DNA of 64,000 nucleotides from IMG/VR virus record IMGVR_UViG_3300050122_000263, positions 1 to 64,000 of that record; one strand, 5' to 3'. Shown piece by piece: positions 58,903 to 64,000 of this stretch (position 1 is its first letter; each line of letters starts with the position of its first letter). The notes under the pieces were generated by a model. It saw only the letters and a program-made list of their open reading frames with translations, ran no database searches and was not told where the DNA came from. The position numbers and the translations under genes were made by a program.

Positions 58903-59232
58903 ATGGCTCTCCTGCGTGTTGAAATAACTCACCAAGTTGAGAATGAAGACTTACAACTTGAAGTGAAGAATTATGGCAGACAGAGTGTCGGTGAGAAGCC
59001 ACTGGTCTATCTCTGTGATCAGGCATGGTATAACGCCTCGGGTTCTGTCAAAAGATTCTACAAACTTTTCGCACTACCTGAGGAAGTAGAGTACAAAATC
59101 AAAGGGACAAAGAACAAGCGTATCGTCTGCAGAGTTAGACACAACAAACAATTACTTTTCTGCACGGGCATTGGCCATGGCTCAAATGGAGAAAGCTATT
59201 CCGACAGCTCATCAGATAGCAGCTCTGATTGA
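58903..59232 (+). CDS. Hypothetical protein with Ser/Asp tail
   Basis: 109-aa ATG ORF. Confidence 0.6.
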   Translation: MALLRVEITHQVENEDLQLEVKNYGRQSVGEKPLVYLCDQAWYNASGSVKRFYKLFALPEEVEYKIKGTKNKRIVCRVRHNKQLLFCTGIGHGSNGESYSDSSSDSSSD

Positions 59233-59362
59233 GGTGTCATGAAACATCCATTCCTATGAAGTTTATACATAATTACTCCAGCCCAATTGCTGGGCTGAAT
59301 CAAAAGCGAGAGAGGAGAATGATTCTCCATTGTCTCATTAATGACACAGTAAACAAGCAGAG

Positions 59363-60172
59363 ATGCAAGCCGCCGCCAAGATCACCTGTCGTCACGCCAT
59401 TGTTCATGGCAGAAGAAAGGGAGAGTTCTGTTGCAACACGGCACAATACTGCATTGCTAAGTCCAATGGTGATGCCGTGTTCATTTGTGACAAACATAGA
59501 ACTCATTTCTTCTACAAAGGATGGCCGGTCTTTCTCCTAACACCTACTGTTCAAGCGAAACGCGACCGAATTCACAAACCCATGACTGCCATGCAACTGT
59601 TCGCACAAGATGAGAAACCGGCCATCATCCAGCGCTATGGGGAACTATCTGAGACCAGCCTCGGTAATCTTGTGGAAGGCAGATGGCAGCGACTCAACCC
59701 CAACACAAAGGAGCTCTACGAGAAGAAGGCAGGGACAGAGCAGACTCGCTACAGACAGGAACTGTTGCAGTTTGGTTTGGCACCTCCTCTTGAAGGACTG
59801 TTGGACGACGATGAGGATGAAAGTTCTGAAGTGCTCAAAGAAGGCAGCTCTGGAGAAGATTCTGGAGATTCTGAGGATTCCGACGGCCCAGAGCCCACCG
59901 ATGAGGAATTTCTTGCTATGATGATGCAGAGTGAGTTATGCGAGAAATTCAAGGGCACTCCTCTGGAGGGGATAGCACTGGAAATCTTCGATGTGAGAAG
60001 GGAATACTATCGTGACATCCTGCATGGCTTCATTGTACATCGAGGCCCCATAAGTACCTATGTGATGGGCAAGTCACTACCGGAAGATGATGGAATAATT
60101 ATGCCTCTTAATGAGGGCGATATAGTCAAAGCCAAGTTACTCCAGTTACATCTGCCATATGGCACAAAATAA
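59363..60172 (+). CDS. HMG-box protein with N-terminal Cys/His finger and acidic linker
   Basis: KPMTAMQLFAQDEKP...LVEGRWQRL...KELYEKKA..EQTRYRQEL (HMG box); C..GRRKGEFC...C...CDKH. Confidence 0.82.
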   Translation: MQAAAKITCRHAIVHGRRKGEFCCNTAQYCIAKSNGDAVFICDKHRTHFFYKGWPVFLLTPTVQAKRDRIHKPMTAMQLFAQDEKPAIIQRYGELSETSLGNLVEGRWQRLNPNTKELYEKKAGTEQTRYRQELLQFGLAPPLEGLLDDDEDESSEVLKEGSSGEDSGDSEDSDGPEPTDEEFLAMMMQSELCEKFKGTPLEGIALEIFDVRREYYRDILHGFIVHRGPISTYVMGKSLPEDDGIIMPLNEGDIVKAKLLQLHLPYGTK

Positions 60173-60195
60173 AAAATCCCAGACTTGGGATTTTT
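60172..60195 (+). terminator. 3' hairpin of HMG gene
   Basis: AAAAATCCCA-GACT-TGGGATTTTT. Confidence 0.7.
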
Positions 60196-60239
60196 GTAAC
60201 TTTTTGCATATCGATAAAGGATACTGTCTATAGCATAAC

Positions 60240-60506
60240 ATGCAACAAGGTGATGAAGATGAGCGTACGGGACCACCCACTATTACTATGGCTGCCAAGG
60301 AATGGCGCATGATCTATTGTAACGATCCGCTCTGTAAGCGTTGGCTACATACAATGATGTCTTGCAACAAACATCTCACTTATTACTGTCAGGAGGCTTT
60401 TAACTTAGGTGTTATACTAAAACGCACTTCCAATACTACTAACACAACTCCCAAACTCATGTTCTGTCCCGACTGTCAGAATGAGAACCCCAAATCCAAC
60501 ACTTGA
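60240..60506 (+). CDS. Small Cys-rich (zinc-ribbon-like) protein
   Basis: CNDPLC, C..H, C, CPDC in 88 aa. Confidence 0.55.
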   Translation: MQQGDEDERTGPPTITMAAKEWRMIYCNDPLCKRWLHTMMSCNKHLTYYCQEAFNLGVILKRTSNTTNTTPKLMFCPDCQNENPKSNT

Positions 60507-60509
60507 GCT

Positions 60510-61046
60510 TCATTCGTTGAGCTCAGGCTCCTGATCCGGAGCATCACTCTGTACACTCTCAACCGACAAAGTAGATTTCTGTTTCTTCTGTATAATATGC
60601 CAGTATAAGCCTATCCGCTTAGTGGTTTTAACCATAACCTGTGCTAGTTCACTAACCTTGTCTCCCTCATCAAAATGATCATGTGGATCGATGTCTTTGG
60701 GACGCTTCTGTCGTAGATGATACACTTTCCAGCCTGTACGCCGCAGGAAGATGGTTATCTCGTATTTGCGCCACTCTAGCAATATATCACTATGTACTGT
60801 GTCGAGACGATCCATTCGTTCTCCGCCCTGCAAGAACTCCTCAATAACTAACTCATATCGTTCGAGCATAGATACATCTGTCATATCAACTGCCTGTTTA
60901 AATTTCGATCTTAAATCTATCCCAGTCGCTGAGAGCAGTTGAACTCTGTCCAATTTGCTTGGCTGTAAGGAAATGTTTGTTATTATATAGTGAATAGATT
61001 GAACAGCTGCTATAATATTCTCCCCTAAAGTAAGGTGAGAATTCAT
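60510..61046 (-). CDS. Hypothetical protein
   Basis: 178-aa ATG ORF. Confidence 0.6.
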   Translation of the reverse strand: MNSHLTLGENIIAAVQSIHYIITNISLQPSKLDRVQLLSATGIDLRSKFKQAVDMTDVSMLERYELVIEEFLQGGERMDRLDTVHSDILLEWRKYEITIFLRRTGWKVYHLRQKRPKDIDPHDHFDEGDKVSELAQVMVKTTKRIGLYWHIIQKKQKSTLSVESVQSDAPDQEPELNE

Positions 61047-61048
61047 AC

Positions 61049-61074
61049 ATATTAGGGAAAATGTTCCCTAATAT
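61049..61074. other. Hairpin in divergent intergenic region
   Basis: ATATTAGGGAA-AATG-TTCCCTAATAT. Confidence 0.65.
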
Positions 61075-61103
61075 TTCCACCAACAACCTCTTGAAAGAGG
61101 GGC

Positions 61104-62705
61104 ATGGACACCAATTGGTTCTTTCACGAGTGTAAGCCGTTAGTGTGGCTCATTGCCAGAGCCCATGTCAATGTGTATCGCGGTTTAGTCTGCTCCCTCA
61201 AATGGTTGAGGCAAGAATCTCAGAAGCCGGTAATTCTGGAGCAGATGAAGATGCATTTCACAAGAACAGTGGCTAAAGGTATCTTTGTTTCATCTCAATT
61301 AAATAGTAACATCTTTATCCATGGATTCAATGTAGCACCAGAGATTTTGGATGTGATTGATAGTACTGGTCAACAACATTTCTCTCTGTTACAGGGTCTG
61401 ATCTATAGGACCGTTGAAGTACCAAGAGACACAAGGAATTCTATCCAAGTTGTGCTAACAAATAAAGATGCAGATTGGATTGCAGAAACAATTACAGTAC
61501 AGCTCTGCCAAATCAGTGAAATTTTGCCAAACGGTAGATCACATGGCCTCTGCATACTTGACGTCCCATTCAGATATATTATCAGCCACTATCGAGATGG
61601 ACTGCTACACGGTCACTGGCAACTTTTCAATCATGCAGGGAAGAGGTATCTTGTCCAAGAAATCGAATATAAAGAGGGACTTAAGGATGGCCTTTGGACA
61701 AAACGTGAAAGAGACTTCATGAACCGTATTCCTCATGTTAAAGACATGAGACATGGTCTGGCATGGTTCACATTTACTTCTAACGACACTTTTTATATGT
61801 GCAATGTTCACTACAAACATGGCAGTATCGACACAGCACACAGAAGCACGTGTCGAGATATACATGGCCAGCTGGTGATGGAATTGAAGCCAATCCTCAC
61901 AGTTGATCCCATAGATGACTTAGTTCTTGTCAATACCGATGTAAATATCACATCTCCCACATATGAACGCATAGCTTACTATCCAAGTGGAGAGGTTCAC
62001 TCTCACACACTCTGCGATGAGCAAGGGGAGATCAGCAGCGTCTTTCAGCGTCACAATGGTGAAGTTATAATTCGCAGACAAAGGCAAACAGATGACACTA
62101 TGTTGCACTGTTCCTATAACACGGAGATAGGAGCCCGAAACATCCCCGATGTAGCGGCAGGTCTGACGAGACACTTCCTTCTGAAGGATAACTTATTGCA
62201 CGGTTGGTGTTGGGGCTACCGACATGAAATCTGTTTGGGAGCTTATTTCTGGGAAGGCCGTTTTGCGGGCAAGGTTATACTTAAATATGAGCAACAGAGT
62301 GCTGAGACACAAGTATTCATCAATGATGAGGGTCGATATAAGTACAAGGAGAGTTACATAGAAGATGATGATAATGAGGAGGATGCAGAGTTGCCATTTT
62401 CGCTAGCAGATTTGAGTTATTTCTTTGGCCGCCTGCTTCCCTCCTCTATGCATGAAGAGGCATATGTTCTTCATGATCTTATATTTGAGTCAGAGATTGA
62501 AGAACAGGGATGTTGGCTAACATCTCCACGATGTCTTCAGCATGTAGAACGGGACAATTACGGCTTAGGTGATGAAGAACCAGTATTTCCGGCCTTCAAG
62601 GCCGGTTGGCTGAAGCAAACAATGCCACAATTCACCAAAGAGAGCGATAATGAATACATAACTCACCTTGACCTTCTGTGGAAGTTGCAGGTTCAAGGAA
62701 AATAA
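61104..62705 (+). CDS. MORN-variant repeat protein
   Basis: YRDGLLHGHWQLF, YKEGLKDGLWTK, LKDNLLHGWCWGY, FWEGRFAG. Confidence 0.75.
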   Translation: MDTNWFFHECKPLVWLIARAHVNVYRGLVCSLKWLRQESQKPVILEQMKMHFTRTVAKGIFVSSQLNSNIFIHGFNVAPEILDVIDSTGQQHFSLLQGLIYRTVEVPRDTRNSIQVVLTNKDADWIAETITVQLCQISEILPNGRSHGLCILDVPFRYIISHYRDGLLHGHWQLFNHAGKRYLVQEIEYKEGLKDGLWTKRERDFMNRIPHVKDMRHGLAWFTFTSNDTFYMCNVHYKHGSIDTAHRSTCRDIHGQLVMELKPILTVDPIDDLVLVNTDVNITSPTYERIAYYPSGEVHSHTLCDEQGEISSVFQRHNGEVIIRRQRQTDDTMLHCSYNTEIGARNIPDVAAGLTRHFLLKDNLLHGWCWGYRHEICLGAYFWEGRFAGKVILKYEQQSAETQVFINDEGRYKYKESYIEDDDNEEDAELPFSLADLSYFFGRLLPSSMHEEAYVLHDLIFESEIEEQGCWLTSPRCLQHVERDNYGLGDEEPVFPAFKAGWLKQTMPQFTKESDNEYITHLDLLWKLQVQGK

Positions 62706-62711
62706 AAAATC

Positions 62712-62729
62712 TCCCTAATTGTATAGGGA
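62712..62729 (+). terminator. 3' hairpin (short, imperfect extension)
   Basis: TCCCTA-ATTGTA-TAGGGA. Confidence 0.45.
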
Positions 62730-62857
62730 AATTTCTGAGATAGTATATGATCTATCCACCAATATAGGTTAGGGCTTGTAGACACTCAATTCTATGAATA
62801 TTATGCAGAACTGTTCTCCACCAGTTCTTTCTTGCCAGCACATCAAATCGGAGCAGT

Positions 62858-63940
62858 ATGCAAGGCAGCTATACCTTCTACATTGGACTACTGGCTGTGC
62901 CTATTTCATGGCGCGACTTGGAAGTGGAGCAGATGACCTCGAATCTACAAGAACTGGGAACAAAGTTGCATTTCACCTACAAGCAGTTGCGTGCCGAGCG
63001 CAAGACATTCCCTTGCTTCGGTAGACGCGAAGATCTAACATTCAGCAGGTATAGCAGAGACTCCGATCAGCATGTAGTGGATGAGCTGTTCTGTTTGACC
63101 GGATCATTCCCAAACTTCACCTTCAAGATCTACCATCTCTATATGGATGACTCTATGATGCACATTTACCACATCAGAGGCAAGGAGCTGCTATGTAGTA
63201 CTGACTTCAACTTCGGCAACATAGATCTAGAAGGGGGATTCGATCTGTCCGTTTCAGTCAAGGAAGTTGACGTCTCTCACGACTTCACAGAGATTATGCG
63301 GACCGGCAATGTTAAGAACATTGAATTTGGCGACTTCAAATACAATGGAGTTGAGCCAGAAGCATCACAACCTATGGAGACAAATGAAGCGGAGATGGTT
63401 CTACCCTTCCCCGAGATTGGCCTGTATGATGTGCCGGACGTGATTCGCGATATCACAGGCAGTCCAGATGCTAAGATATTCCGTCTGCTGTTCGCCAACC
63501 GTGGAGTGGTCTATGGTGGTTATTTGCGCGATCTGATTGCAGGTGTTACTCCCAACGACATTGATGTGGTGCTCTCTTCTGCCGACTGCAACTACTTTGA
63601 GAACTTCAACATTCAGCTGCTGGAGTTGGGTTACACCGCCTCTTTCAACACAGAGCATGAGACCACTGTCTACAAGAAGACAGGGCATCTACCAATTGAA
63701 GCTTACGCAGTGGAGGATAGTCCGACTGATACTCTTATTACGCCAATATCAGACCCCGACTTCTCCGTTAACCTGCTGGCCTTTGACGGCAGCCGACTGT
63801 ACCACTGGGTTGAGCCAGACAGAGATGTACACCTCATTATTAAAGGGATTCAAGAACGTAAAGCAATTCAATGGTATGAGGCTAGCCCAGAGCGTGTTGA
63901 GAAGATGCGTGGCAAGGGCTACAGCATAGAGCTCTGCTGA
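62858..63940 (+). CDS. Two-domain protein with C-terminal class II (CCA-adding/PAP-head-like) nucleotidyltransferase domain
   Basis: GVVYGGYLRDLIAGVTPNDIDVVL and DPDFSVNLLAFDG (cf. GGxVRD...DxD and RRDFTxN). Confidence 0.75.
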   Translation: MQGSYTFYIGLLAVPISWRDLEVEQMTSNLQELGTKLHFTYKQLRAERKTFPCFGRREDLTFSRYSRDSDQHVVDELFCLTGSFPNFTFKIYHLYMDDSMMHIYHIRGKELLCSTDFNFGNIDLEGGFDLSVSVKEVDVSHDFTEIMRTGNVKNIEFGDFKYNGVEPEASQPMETNEAEMVLPFPEIGLYDVPDVIRDITGSPDAKIFRLLFANRGVVYGGYLRDLIAGVTPNDIDVVLSSADCNYFENFNIQLLELGYTASFNTEHETTVYKKTGHLPIEAYAVEDSPTDTLITPISDPDFSVNLLAFDGSRLYHWVEPDRDVHLIIKGIQERKAIQWYEASPERVEKMRGKGYSIELC

Positions 63941-64000
63941 TAAAAAGCGGGTAGATAATGCGGCTCACGGCATATCTAATAAAAACTATTTTGTTAAAAA

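Overview
This is a gene-dense, apparently intron-free 64 kb segment that looks like a eukaryote-infecting giant DNA virus (Nucleocytoviricota). A pithovirus/orpheovirus-like lineage is a guess from gene content. Support: a D5-type primase-helicase, an XRN exoribonuclease, a divergent TBP-like protein, an HtrA-like protease, F-box, MORN and collagen-like proteins, a cyclin, a SNARE, A-rich start contexts (AAAATG/AAGATG) with no evident Shine-Dalgarno sites, three AAAATTGA motifs upstream of genes, and about 27 short hairpins or palindromes just downstream of stop codons. Most unusual observations: (1) a 1174-aa protein whose disordered N-terminus carries family-B DNA polymerase motif relics in permuted order; (2) three paralogous BTB-like/nucleotidyltransferase-fold proteins, only one with intact catalytic motifs, two of them paired with a second duplicated orphan family; (3) a CDK-like kinase fused to a cyclin-like domain, plus a stand-alone cyclin; (4) a CotA-like multicopper oxidase next to a membrane-anchored FAD oxidase, and a sialidase-propeller/GXT-collagen/HYR protein, the oxidase and the collagen protein both ending in Lys/His/Ser-rich tails; (5) a DUF2935-EEP nuclease fusion; (6) a gene split by one base at a C7 run; (7) a hairpin cluster upstream of the D5 gene. 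All family assignments come from recognising motifs by eye and no database search or folding was run. Many start codons were moved from the ORF track to the first plausible ATG. No tRNA, rRNA, CRISPR array or transposase was seen.
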